64,000 nt of DNA from an uncultured Acidimicrobiia bacterium (GCA_963785035.1 CAWATG010000015.1:30317-94316); one strand, 5' to 3'; positions 48,937-59,477 are shown, counted from the first letter of the stretch. Notes: generated from the sequence alone by a model not told the origin. A program made the numbers and translations.

Positions 48937-51397
48937 ATGACCAAAGCCGCAAGCGGGCACGACGACACGGCCGCGGATGCGGCGATGACCCGCACCGGTG
49001 AAACGATCGCACCCGAGCCATATGTGCTCGGCGACGTGAGCGGTTCGCTGGCCGCAGAGGAGCTCCGCCGGATCGACGCGTGGTGGCGGGCGGCGAACTA
49101 TCTCTCGGTGGGGCAGATCTATCTCATGGCGAACCCGCTGTTGCGCGAACCGTTGCTTGCCGAGCACATCAAGCCGCGATTGCTCGGTCATTTCGGGACC
49201 GTTCCGGGGCTCAACCTCGTCTACGCCCACGCCAACCGCATGATCAAGGCGCGGGACCTGAATGCCGTCTTCGTTGCGGGACCCGGGCACGGCGGGCCGG
49301 GTCCAAATGCCTGCGCCTGGTTGGAAGGCACCTATTCGGAGGTGTATCCCGGGATTCCACAGGATGCCGCGGGACTGGAGGAGTTCTTTCATCAGTTCTC
49401 GTTTCCGGGCGGTGTGCCGAGTCATTGCGCGCCAGAAACACCTGGTTCGTTCCACGAGGGTGGGGAACTCGGCTATTCGCTGCTGCACGCGTTCGGCGCT
49501 GCGCTCGACAATCCTGATCTCGTGGTGTTCTGCGTCGTGGGCGATGGTGAGGCCGAGACCGGTTCGCTCGCGACGAGCTGGCATTGCGGCAAGTTCCTCA
49601 ACCCTGCGAGCGATGGAGCGGTGCTGCCGGTGCTGCACCTCAACGAATTCAAGATCGCGAACCCGACGCTGCTTGCTCGGATTCCCGAATCCGAGCTCGT
49701 CAGCCTGATCCGCGGGTACGGATACGAACCGCACATCGTTGCCGGAGACGACCCCGCAACGGTGCATCAGGCGCTGGCCGGGGCGCTGGACGCGTGCGTC
49801 GACCGGATCGCGGAGATTCAGAGCGAGGCGCGTGTCGCCGGAGCGTCGGCGCGACGGGCGTGGCCGATGATCGTGCTGCGAACACCCAAGGGCTGGACCT
49901 GCCCGCCGATCGTCGACGGACAACGGGTCGAAGGCACGTTCCGTTCCCATCAGGTTCCGCTTCCGGCGGCGCGAACCAACGACGATCACCGACGTGTGCT
50001 CGGCGAATGGATGCGGTCCTATCGACCCGAAGAGTTGTTCGACGAAGAGGGCAGGCCGGTCCCCACGCTGCGTCGATCTCGCGCCAGCCGGAGCGCGGCG
50101 CATGAGCGCAAACCCCGTCGCGAATGGCGGGCAACTGCTCGCGGATCTCGATCTTCCGGATTGGCGTGAATACGGCGTCGTCATCGACGAGCCAGGTACA
50201 TCCGAACATGTTGCGACGCAGGTCTTGGGAAGTTGGTTGCGCGACGTCACGCGGATGAACCCGACGAACTTCCTGACGTTCGCGCCCGACGAACTCGCGA
50301 GCAATCGGCTCCAGGACATCCTGGAGGTCACGGGTCGGAAGTGGATGGCCACAATCGAGGAGAACGATGAGGTCCTCGATCCCAATGGCAGAGTCATCGA
50401 GGTGCTTTCCGAACACATCTGCCAGGGGCTCCTCGAGGGATATCTCCTGACGGGCCGACACGGCGTGTTCACGTGCTACGAGGCATTCATTCACATCGTC
50501 GACTCGATGTTCAACCAACACGCGAAGTGGCTCACGGCCAGCGCGGAGGTTGCATGGCGGTCGCCCGTCGCAAGTCTCAACTACCTGCTGTCCTCGCACG
50601 TCTGGCGTCAGGACCACAACGGATCCACGCACCAGGATCCTGGGTTCCTCGATGTGGTCATGAACAAGACGCCTGCGATCGTGCGGGTCTACCTCCCGCC
50701 CGACGCCAACACGCTGCTCGCAACGTATGACGAGTGCCTCCGGTCTCGGCACTGCGTCAACGTGGTCGTCGCCGGGAAACAGCCCCAGCCCGATTGGCTC
50801 TCCGTAGAGGACGCGGCAGCTCACTGCGCCAGAGGCCTTGGGATCTGGGACTGGGCGGGAACGGAGCACGGGCACGGATCGTTGCCTGACGTCGTGCTCG
50901 CCTGTGCCGGCGATGTGCCGACCCTCGAGGTCATGGCAGCCGCGTCAATCCTTCGGGCAGCGCTGCCGGACCTGCAAGTGCGCGTGGTCAATGTCGTGGA
51001 TCTCATGCGGCTCCTTCCCGAGTCCGAGCATCCGCATGGCCTGTCGGATCGCGAGTTCGACAATGTCTTCACCGAGGAACGGCCGGTGCTCTTCGCGTTT
51101 CACGGCTACCCGTGGCTGGTCCACAGGCTCACGTACCGACGGCGAAACCATGCTCAGCTCCACGTCAGGGGTTATAAGGAGAAGGGCACCACAACCACTC
51201 CCTTCGACATGGTCATGCTCAACGACCTCGACCGGTATCGCCTCGTCATGGACGTCATCGACCGCGTGCCTCGCCTCGGTCCCCGTGCCGCCGGGCTCCG
51301 TCAGGAGATGGTCGATGCTCGGCTTCGAGCCCGGGCATGGACCCGTGAGCACGGCGAGGACCTGCCCGAGGTCACGCACTGGGCGTGGGGACGCTGA
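48937..51397 (+). pseudogene. xfp: Phosphoketolase (xylulose-5-P/fructose-6-P), one frameshift
   Basis: N-half (ORF 48889-50169): [14 protein letters not shown]...[15 protein letters not shown]...GPGHGGPG...EGGELGYSL...GDGEAETG. C-half (ORF 49994-51397): [11 protein letters not shown]...[20 protein letters not shown]...[12 protein letters not shown]. The frame change is near 50060-50080. Confidence 0.85.
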
Positions 51398-51400
51398 ATC

Positions 51401-52426
51401 GTGCGACTCCTCACGGTCAACACCGGGTCGACCTCGGTCAAGGTGTCGATGCTGGACGGGGGAGACCGCACGCATCAGTTCGGATCGCTCCACGAGGCGC
51501 TTGCCGCCGTTGGCGACGTCGATGCCGTTGCGCACCGTGTCGTGCATGGCGGGGACCGGGCGACCGCGACACTGCTCGACGACGGGGTGATGGCCGAGCT
51601 GCGGCAACTCGTCGAGCTCGCGCCGCTTCATCAAGGCGCGGCGTTGGACACGATCGAGCAGTGTCGCCGCGCGCTCCCCGAGACCCCGCAGGTCGCGTGT
51701 TTCGATACCGCGTTCCACACGACGATTCCCATCGAGGCGCGTACCTACGCATTGCCTGGCCGCTTGCGTGAGATGGTCAAGGTCTATGGTTTTCATGGAC
51801 TTTCGCATGAGTGGGCTGCTGTTCGTGTTGCGCAGCTCGCTCCCGATGCCAGACGGATGGTGATCGCGCACCTCGGCGGTGGTCAGTCGTTGTCTGGAGT
51901 GCTCGATGGTCGGAGCGTCACGACGACCATGGGTTTTACCCCGCTCGATGGGTTGGTCATGGCGACGCGATGCGGTGCGATCGACCCGGGCGCGGTGCTC
52001 TGGCTGCAGCGGCATACCGACGAGGATCTCCCCATGGTTCTCGAACGCGAGAGTGGACTCCTCGGACTCTGTGGGTCTTCCGACATGCGTGCGGTGATCG
52101 ACCGGCGTGACGCCGGCGACACTGAAGCAAGCTTTGCTCTCGACGTGTATCTCCATCGACTCGTTGCCTATATCGGAAGCACCGCAGCGATCCTCGGTGG
52201 ACTGGATGCACTCGTGTTCACCGGCGGTATCGGCGCGAACTCGGTCGTCATCCGCGAGCTCGTCGCGGACCGGCTGCGTTGGCTCGGGATCGAGGTCGAT
52301 CCTCAGGCGACAGGCGAAGAGATCTCCGCACGTGGTGCCCGCAACCGCACCTTCGTCATCGAGGCTCGAGAGGACCTCCAGATGGCGCAGCACACCACAG
52401 CAACGCTTGGTCTCGACGATTCGTGA
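51401..52426 (+). CDS. ackA: Acetate kinase
   Basis: LLTVNTGSTSVK...HRVVHGG...CFDTAFHTTIP...YGFHGLSHE...HLGGGQS...TMGFTPLDGLVMATRCG...VFTGGIG. It starts 4 nt after the xfp stop. Confidence 0.88.
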   Translation: MRLLTVNTGSTSVKVSMLDGGDRTHQFGSLHEALAAVGDVDAVAHRVVHGGDRATATLLDDGVMAELRQLVELAPLHQGAALDTIEQCRRALPETPQVACFDTAFHTTIPIEARTYALPGRLREMVKVYGFHGLSHEWAAVRVAQLAPDARRMVIAHLGGGQSLSGVLDGRSVTTTMGFTPLDGLVMATRCGAIDPGAVLWLQRHTDEDLPMVLERESGLLGLCGSSDMRAVIDRRDAGDTEASFALDVYLHRLVAYIGSTAAILGGLDALVFTGGIGANSVVIRELVADRLRWLGIEVDPQATGEEISARGARNRTFVIEAREDLQMAQHTTATLGLDDS

Positions 52427-52499
52427 ACTCCTTCATCGATTGCACCAATCGCGCCGCTACGATGGCGCAAAGCCGCGTTGAGAGCGAAGGAGCAACTAC

Positions 52500-53138
52500 A
52501 TGGAATCGCCTGAGGACTCGCCAACCGACGCAGCGAGAGGTTCGATCTTCACCGAGCCCATCCTCGTGGTGAACCAGAAGGTCAAGCTCATCGAGCTGAC
52601 GAACGAGTATGCCGTCTTCGACGGTGAGGCGCGCCGGATCGGCGCCGTCCGCCAGGTCGGGCAGAGCGGTGCGCGCAAGGTCCTTCGATTTCTCTCGTCG
52701 GTCGATCAGTTTTTGCCGGTCACGTTGCACGTTGTCGACTCGACGGGTGCAACGCAGCTCGTCTTGACCAGGCCGGCGAAGTTCTTGAAATCCCGCCTTG
52801 TCGTTCAGGATGCAGCGGGTCGCACGATCGGCGAGATACAACAACGAAATGTCATCGGCAAGATCCGATTCGCCCTCGTTGCCGGAGGTACCGAGGTGGG
52901 CTCGCTCAACGCCGAGAACTGGCGGGCGTGGAACTTCAACATTCAAGACGTAAACGGCGCCGAGGTCGCCCGCATCACAAAGACCTGGGAAGGGCTCGCC
53001 AAGACGATGTTCACCACGGCGGACAACTACGTCGTGAAGATCCCAACGCCGCTGACCGAGCCGTTGCGCAGTCTCGTGATCGCCGCAGCCATGGCGGTCG
53101 ACACTGCGCTCAAGCAGGACTCGCGCGGTTTCGGATAG
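52500..53138 (+). CDS. Phospholipid scramblase-family (LURP-one-related fold) protein
   Basis: ILVVNQKVKLIELTNEYAVFDGEARRIGAVRQ...LTRPAKFLKSRLVVQDAAGRTIGEIQQ...WNFNIQDVNGAEVARITKTWEG...FTTADNYVVKI. Confidence 0.65.
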   Translation: MESPEDSPTDAARGSIFTEPILVVNQKVKLIELTNEYAVFDGEARRIGAVRQVGQSGARKVLRFLSSVDQFLPVTLHVVDSTGATQLVLTRPAKFLKSRLVVQDAAGRTIGEIQQRNVIGKIRFALVAGGTEVGSLNAENWRAWNFNIQDVNGAEVARITKTWEGLAKTMFTTADNYVVKIPTPLTEPLRSLVIAAAMAVDTALKQDSRGFG

Positions 53139-53165
53139 CGGGGGTCACTGGACCGCAGTCCCCCG
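53139..53165 (+). terminator. Stem-loop immediately after the scramblase-like gene stop
   Basis: CGGGGG-TC-ACTG-GACCG-CAGT-CCCCCG is a 10-bp stem with a 2-nt bulge. There is no U tract. Confidence 0.35.
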
Positions 53166-53338
53166 AGCATGTGGGATCGTAATGAGGTGAATGACCGTCA
53201 CGGCGGCCCACTGGCGGCGGCCGCTCGAGCTCGCGATCGTGTGTTCAGCTGCCTTTGTGGCGGGCTGGTTGTTGCTCCGATCCGGCGTTGCAGTTGACGA
53301 GCCCGGCTGACGGGAACGCTCTGGCACACTTGCGGGCC

Positions 53339-54532
53339 ATGCAGATCGGGACCCCGCTGACGAACTCGGCGACGCGCGTGTTGTTGCTCGGCTCCGGCGA
53401 ACTCGGGAAAGAGGTGGCGATCGAGCTGCAACGTCTCGGTTGTGAGGTCATTGCCTGTGACCGTTACGCCAACGCGCCCGCCATGCAGGTCGCCCACCGC
53501 AGCCATGTGTTCTCGATGCTCGACGCCCCAGCGCTTCGCAGCGTCGTCGAGTTAGAGCGCCCTCATGTGATCGTTCCCGAGATCGAAGCGATCGCGACGG
53601 CCACACTGCTCGAGCTCGAAGCGGAAGGGTTCAGGGTCATTCCGACAGCACGTGCCGCGGATCTCACGATGAACCGTGAAGGCATTCGCAGCTTTGCCGC
53701 GGTCGAACTCGGTCTCGCGACATCACCGTATCGTTTCGTCGAATCTGTCGACGCGCTCGTTGCGGCTGTCGACGATCTGCGGTCTACCGGTCGTGGTCAA
53801 GCCGGTCATGTCCTCGAGTGGCAAGGGTCAAAGCATCGTCCGCGCCCCTCAACGAGATCGCGTACGCATGGGACCACGCCTGCAGCGCGGGCCGTGGCGA
53901 CTCGACCCGCTGCATCGTCGAAGGTTTCGTCACGTTCGACTACGAGATCACGGTGCTGACCGTCTCGGCGGTGAACGGCGTGCAGTGCTGCCCACCGATC
54001 GGTCATGTCCAGATCGATGGCGACTACCGCGAGTCGTGGCAGCCGATGACGATGACAGCCAGCCGCGTGGGCGAGAGCGCAGGAGATGGCGCGAGCCGTC
54101 GTCGGCGGACTCGGGGGGTACGGCGTGTTCGGGGTGGAGCTGTTCGTGCGTGGCGACGACGTCATCTTCAGCGAGGTCAGCCCGCGTCCGCACGACACCG
54201 GTCTCGTGACGCTCGGAAGTCTGAATCTCAGCGAGTTCGCGCTGCACGCGCGTGCGATCCTTGGATTGCCGATTCCGCCCATCGAGCTGCGAACGCCTGC
54301 AGCCTCGGTCCCGCTGCTCGGTCACGGAAGCGGTGTTCCACGCTTCGAGGGCGTCGATCTCGCCCTTGCCGAGCCGGAGTCGCAACTGCGCCTGTTCGGC
54401 AAGCCGATCTGCGAGGGGGAGCGGCGCCTCGGCGTGTGCATAGCGGGCGGCACCGACACCTCCGAAGCACGTGCGCGCGCCGGCCGTATGGCGGAGGCAA
54501 TCACGATTGCTCTCGATCCACTCGATGCATAG
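53339..54532 (+). pseudogene. purT: Formate-dependent phosphoribosylglycinamide formyltransferase (GAR transformylase 2), three frameshifts
   Basis: [34 protein letters not shown]...VPEIEAI (ORF 53255-53959); [18 protein letters not shown] (ORF 53676-54209); EIAYAWDHA...[18 protein letters not shown]...[16 protein letters not shown] (ORF 53818-54537); [20 protein letters not shown]...[12 protein letters not shown] (ORF 54086-54532). Confidence 0.85.
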
Positions 54533-54572
54533 GGTGACCACTGCATGCCGACCAAGTGCGAACTGAGGGAGT

Positions 54573-54956
54573 GTGGACATGACTGCTGAACCGGAAGTCA
54601 TCGTCAAGGAGTTCTGTGCCGCCTGGGGACGTCGGGACGTCGAGGAAATCCTGGCGTTCTTTACCGACGACGCCGTTTATCACAACATTCCTATGGCACC
54701 AGTCGAGGGACACGAGGCAATTCGAAACGTCTTGTTGATGTTCGTCCCGCCATCGGAATCGATCGAGTTCGAGATCCTCCGGATGGCAACGTCTGGTGAT
54801 GTCGTGTTCACGGAACGCATCGACCACTTCTCGATGGGTGGCACCGTGATTGCTTTGCCGGTCGCAGGAGTGTTCGAGATCCGTGACGGGCTGATTGCTG
54901 CCTGGCGGGACTATTTCGACATGGCGATGTTCACCCAGCCGAGCGGGTCCGATTAG
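54573..54956 (+). CDS. Limonene-1,2-epoxide hydrolase-family (SnoaL-like) protein
   Basis: FCAAWGRRDVEEILAFFTDDAVYHNIPMAPVEGHEAI...VFTERIDHF...LPVAGVFEIRDGLIAAWRDYFD. Confidence 0.8.
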   Translation: MDMTAEPEVIVKEFCAAWGRRDVEEILAFFTDDAVYHNIPMAPVEGHEAIRNVLLMFVPPSESIEFEILRMATSGDVVFTERIDHFSMGGTVIALPVAGVFEIRDGLIAAWRDYFDMAMFTQPSGSD

Positions 54957-55092
54957 CAAAGGTCCCAGTTCACCAACTTGTTGTCAACGGGTCCTTGTTT
55001 CGATGCCCCATGACCAGTAGCCTGCCCAAATCGGTCGAAAATGCCGTCCGATATGTGATGTGTCCGAGATGGGTCAGGGAATGGGAGTCGTG

Positions 55093-55923
55093 ATGAGAAG
55101 CGGTCGAAGGTTGAAACTCAGTCGAAAGGCGGTCTTGGCGGGAGCTGTGACCGCAGCAATTGGGCTCGCCGGCGCAACTGCAGCGGTTGGAGCCTGGGGT
55201 GGCAGCGTGACCATCGACGGAGGCATCAGCCTGCGTTCGGCGACGCTCAAGTGCCCAGGTGGCATGGTCCGCCTCGGCCACGTCTTTGATGAGAGCGCAT
55301 CGATCTATCCCGGTGATCCACCGCCGACGGTGGAACAGGTCGCCACGATCCCGGCCGACGGGTTCCTGCTCGAAAAGGTCACAACGGGTACCCACACCGG
55401 CACGCACCTCTCGGCCCCGGGCCACTTCCTCGAGGGTGCAACGACCGTCGACAACTTGCCGGCAGAGGACTTTGCCTGGCCGGTACGTGTGATCGACGTC
55501 CGTGCACGCGTTGCCAATACCCCCGAGTTCGAGGTCAGTATCAACGACATCCGGGCGTACGAGCTTCGTCACGGCAGGATTCCTGAAGGCGCGCTCGTCG
55601 TGCTGTACACCGGGTTCCAGGACAAGTTCGGCACGCCTGCATTCCTGGATGCGGCACCGGGTTTCTCAGAGGCGGCGATCAATTTCATGTTCGACAGCCG
55701 TGAGATCAAGGCAGTGGGGACCGACACCTTCGGACCCGACGCGAGCAGCGACGCCAACCTCTTGGCCAGCACCGCCGTCTACGCCCATGGCGGTGTGACC
55801 ATCGAGAACATGGCAGGTCTGGACCAGTTGAACCCGACCGGTGACATTGTGATGGCGCCTACCACGGCGCTCAGGGACGGTTCCGGGTTCCTGACCGACC
55901 CACTGGGCTGCCGCCGGTCGTAA
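55093..55923 (+). CDS. Cyclase-family protein (kynurenine formamidase-like), secreted
   Basis: A Tat/Sec-like leader (MRSGRRLKLSRKAVLAGAVTAAIGLAGATAAVGA), then the motif GTHTGTHLSAPGHF. Confidence 0.75.
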   Translation: MRSGRRLKLSRKAVLAGAVTAAIGLAGATAAVGAWGGSVTIDGGISLRSATLKCPGGMVRLGHVFDESASIYPGDPPPTVEQVATIPADGFLLEKVTTGTHTGTHLSAPGHFLEGATTVDNLPAEDFAWPVRVIDVRARVANTPEFEVSINDIRAYELRHGRIPEGALVVLYTGFQDKFGTPAFLDAAPGFSEAAINFMFDSREIKAVGTDTFGPDASSDANLLASTAVYAHGGVTIENMAGLDQLNPTGDIVMAPTTALRDGSGFLTDPLGCRRS

Positions 55924-56063
55924 CACCAAGCACAGCGCCCCGTTCGCGCCCCTGCTCCCGTGAGTGGGGGCGCGAACGGGCACCGAAAGCGATGCAAACC
56001 GATCAGCACGGCACAAACCGATGAAATGCTCAAGCAGCGTGGGATTTTGCCGATTCCATTTGG

Positions 56064-58895
56064 GTGAAACGCCACAGTTGGTTGATCTACCTCCTCATTT
56101 GCGCGCCTATCGGGCTGGCGTATTTCGTGCTTCCTTCGTCCGCGTTGAGCAAGCTCCTGCTCTACAACGGGCTCGGGCTCTTGGCCGTCTGCGCGATGGT
56201 GGTCGGCGTTCGTAGGAACCGGCCTCAGCATCGCCGTGCGTGGTACTTCTTCATCGCCGGTCAGGTGTCGTTCCTCACGGCTGACGTGCTCTACTACGTG
56301 CTCTCCGACATCCTGCACCACGACAGCTATCCGTCGATTGCCGACGCGTTCTACCTGATGATGTACCCGCTGGTCATCACAGGCTTGGTCATGATGCTGC
56401 GTGCGAGTCTGCCTGGCCGTGACGCTGCGAGTTTGATCGATGCAGCGATCATCTCTGTTTGTTCGTTCGCGTTCTTGTGGGTGTGGTTGATCGACAAGTA
56501 CGTCATCGACGACTCGATGACTTTCCTCGCTCGCGCTACCTCGGTGATGTACCCGGTCATGGACGTCGCGTTGCTTGCAGTGCTCGCGCGGCTCGCGGTT
56601 GCGGTGAGCATGCGGCGGGCGTCGCTCATGTTGATGTTCACCAGCATTGGCTCGTTGCTGATCGCTGACACCGGGTACGCACTCACCGTGTTGGCCGGGA
56701 CATATGAGACCGGCGGTCTGATCGACTCGTTCTGGATGGTCTTCTACTGTGCCTTCGCAGCTGCGGCGCTTCATCCGTCGAGCGCTGCGCCGGTCGAGCC
56801 CGCCGAGCATGGTCCCGGAAACCTGACGACGCGCCGGCTCCTACTCTTGACGGTCGCAACCTGCTCGGCGCCGGTAGCAAATCTCATATGGGGCACGACG
56901 GCGATGCTCGACCGGGTTGTGAAGACGGTTTCGTCGGTGGTGCTCTTCCTCCTGGTGCTCGCTCGGGTTTGGCTGCTCATGCGCGCGGTGCGTTCGAGTC
57001 AGGAACGGCTGCAGCACCAGGCCACGCACGACGCGCTGACGGGGCTTGCGAACCGGAGCCTCTTTACGGAAGAGGTTGAGCGCTCGCTTCGAGAACTCGA
57101 GCCTGAAGCGCTCGTGGGTGTGTTGTTCGTCGACATCGATGATTTCAAGAACATCAATGACTCCCTCGGCCATGAGGCTGGCGACGACTTGCTCAAGGAA
57201 ATGAGTCGACGCCTGGTCACGAGTGCCCGTCCCGATGACCTGGTAGCGAGACTCGGGGGAGACGAGTTCGCGATTCTGATGCGCCCTGTCGCTGCAGCAC
57301 ATGAGGCGGTCAATGTCGCCACACGTGTCCTCGGGGCGTTCAGCAAACCGGCAGTCCTCGCCGAGCGTGACGTCAAGTTCAGCGCGAGTATCGGTATCGC
57401 CGTTGAACCTGCGGGTCGGCATGGTGCAGAAACGCTCTTACGTGATGCTGACGTCGCGATGTACCTCGCGAAGTCAAACGGCAAGCGGCGCTATGAGTTC
57501 TTCGAACAGAGCATGTATGACGCCGTCGTCGAGCGCCTCGAGTTGCGCAGCGATCTGGCGCTTGCGCTCGAGCGCAACGAACTGGAGGTGTACTACCAGC
57601 CGGTCCTCGAGATGCGTCGACCAGATGTCGTCGCCGCCGAAGCATTGCTGCGTTGGAACCACCCGACACGGGGCATGGTCATGCCGAATGTGTTCATACC
57701 CATCGCGGAGGAGTCTGGCGCGATCCTTGCGATCGGAGGGTGGGTATTGGAGCAGGCGTGTCGCCAGGTCAAGGTCTGGCAGGAGGATCGCGCCGATTGC
57801 CGTGGACTCGGAATCAGCGTCAACCTCTCTGTCGGCCAGCTTCACGATCCCGCCCTGGTCTCCCATGTTGCGGATGTCCTGCATCGGACGCGCCTTGATC
57901 CGACGCTGTTGACTCTTGAAATTACCGAGAGTGTTCTGATGACCGACGCGAATGCTGGAAGCGAGGTGCTCAAGCGCCTCAAGGCCCTCGGCGTCAAGAT
58001 CGCGATCGACGACTTCGGTACCGGATATTCCTCGTTTGCCTACCTGCGCCGATTTTCGGTGGACACGCTCAAGATCGACCGTTCCTTCGTGATGGAGGTT
58101 CGTGACGGCGGGACGACTGCAGCACTGGTCAGCTCCGTCATCGACTTGGCCAAAGCGCTGTCGCTCACCACAGTCGCGGAAGGTGTCGAGGAAGCTGCAC
58201 AGCTTGGTGTGCTCGACGACCTCGAGTGCGACTACGCGCAGGGCTACTTCTTTGCGAAGCCGATGACCGTTCCCGCATTCGAGCAGTACCTCGATGAGAT
58301 TCGTGATCGACTCCTGAACGCGGATGGGGACGCAACGGCTCGGTCATCGTTCGGCGCCACCGCGGTTGTACTCACACCGGAGATGTCATCGCGATTCAAC
58401 GTCGAAGTCCAATGCGGACTGGCCGGTATAGAGCGAATGGCGACCGGCCTCGATGACCTTCATGACGCAACGAACACTCCCGTTATGGCGCGGCGCCGTT
58501 GGCTCAGCATCTGGGCAGGAGTTCACAACACCTGGGAGCCGTTGGCGATTGGGGTTCGAAACCGCCGCCGCCGCTCGCTCGATGCTGTCGCACTCTTGGC
58601 CCAACGTCCTGGGCCTGCCGGACTCGAGGTCGTCGGCATGGGTCATGCCGCGAGCATCTGCACTCGCCTTCCGGGGCGCGACTCGGTTGCTGCCGCGGCG
58701 CTGTCCGAAGCGATGGCAACGTTCCTTGGGCAACTGCCGTCCCCATGGCGCCTCGACATTGAGCAGCTCCCGAGCGGAGATCCGGTAGCCGTCATGTTGG
58801 TTTCGCAGCTTGCGCATGCACATTTGGTCCCCGACACCCGGATTCCCCGTGTCGCGCTGCCCAACGGGCGAGGCGGTGCGTTCATACCTGAGTAA
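56064..58895 (+). CDS. Membrane-anchored GGDEF-EAL (c-di-GMP turnover) protein. The last ~170 codons of this ORF belong to a GNAT-like module.
   Basis: About 9 TM segments. GGDEF: HDALTGLANRSL...RLGGDEFAIL. EAL: EVYYQPV...AEALLRWNHP...EITES...DDFGTGYSS...LKIDRSF...AEGVE...QGYFFAKP. There is no stop before the GNAT-like sequence that begins at 58383. Confidence 0.85.
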   Translation: MKRHSWLIYLLICAPIGLAYFVLPSSALSKLLLYNGLGLLAVCAMVVGVRRNRPQHRRAWYFFIAGQVSFLTADVLYYVLSDILHHDSYPSIADAFYLMMYPLVITGLVMMLRASLPGRDAASLIDAAIISVCSFAFLWVWLIDKYVIDDSMTFLARATSVMYPVMDVALLAVLARLAVAVSMRRASLMLMFTSIGSLLIADTGYALTVLAGTYETGGLIDSFWMVFYCAFAAAALHPSSAAPVEPAEHGPGNLTTRRLLLLTVATCSAPVANLIWGTTAMLDRVVKTVSSVVLFLLVLARVWLLMRAVRSSQERLQHQATHDALTGLANRSLFTEEVERSLRELEPEALVGVLFVDIDDFKNINDSLGHEAGDDLLKEMSRRLVTSARPDDLVARLGGDEFAILMRPVAAAHEAVNVATRVLGAFSKPAVLAERDVKFSASIGIAVEPAGRHGAETLLRDADVAMYLAKSNGKRRYEFFEQSMYDAVVERLELRSDLALALERNELEVYYQPVLEMRRPDVVAAEALLRWNHPTRGMVMPNVFIPIAEESGAILAIGGWVLEQACRQVKVWQEDRADCRGLGISVNLSVGQLHDPALVSHVADVLHRTRLDPTLLTLEITESVLMTDANAGSEVLKRLKALGVKIAIDDFGTGYSSFAYLRRFSVDTLKIDRSFVMEVRDGGTTAALVSSVIDLAKALSLTTVAEGVEEAAQLGVLDDLECDYAQGYFFAKPMTVPAFEQYLDEIRDRLLNADGDATARSSFGATAVVLTPEMSSRFNVEVQCGLAGIERMATGLDDLHDATNTPVMARRRWLSIWAGVHNTWEPLAIGVRNRRRRSLDAVALLAQRPGPAGLEVVGMGHAASICTRLPGRDSVAAAALSEAMATFLGQLPSPWRLDIEQLPSGDPVAVMLVSQLAHAHLVPDTRIPRVALPNGRGGAFIPE

Positions 58896-59466
58896 GGGGA
58901 TGCGCAAGCAGTTGCATCGAGCCCACAATCGGATCTCTGCAGGGGGCATTCGCATGGATGTCGCCTTCGAACGGGACCCGTCGATTGTCGCTGGTTTGCT
59001 TCCGGTCATGGAGACCGTCCACGTTGAGCGTGATCACCTCGCGCGCCGGGCAAGCGATCTTGACAATCCCATGATGCGTCAATTCTGGCGGGAGATCTTG
59101 ATAGCGCATAACGAAGCTGGGCAAGTGGAGATCGCGACGCTGCACCTCGATGGGCAACTCGCGGCCTATGTCGCTGCGATCGTGGACGGCCGCTCATATC
59201 GAGTCTTTGACGGTCATATGGTCAGCGAATTCCGCGCGTATTCACCCGGTCGCATTCTCGAAGCGGAAGTGCTTGCACGCGTTGAGCGCGACACAGAGCT
59301 CGACGAGGTCGACTGGATGAACGGCGTCGAGGCTCAGAAGCTTCTCAGTTTCAATTCGCTCTCTGCCCGGTCACGGCTCGTCGCGCTCTCCGAAGGTGCG
59401 GAGGACTGCGAGATGTGTCGGGCGGAACATGCGATGCTCGACATGTTTGCTCACCACTCGCACTAG
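58383..59466 (+). pseudogene. CelD/BioF2-like GNAT acyltransferase (Acetyltransf_6-type), one frameshift, in frame with the upstream EAL ORF
   Basis: N-half: MSSRFNVEVQ...RRRWLSIWAGVHNTWEPLAIGV...LDIEQLPSGDP (frame of ORF 56064-58895). C-half: SYLSKGMRKQLHRAHNRI...VEIATLHLDGQLAAYVAAIVDGRSYRVFDGHMVSEFRAYSPGRILEAEV (ORF 58810-59466). The frame change is near 58870. Confidence 0.5.
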
Positions 59467-59477
59467 CCTCCCTTCCC

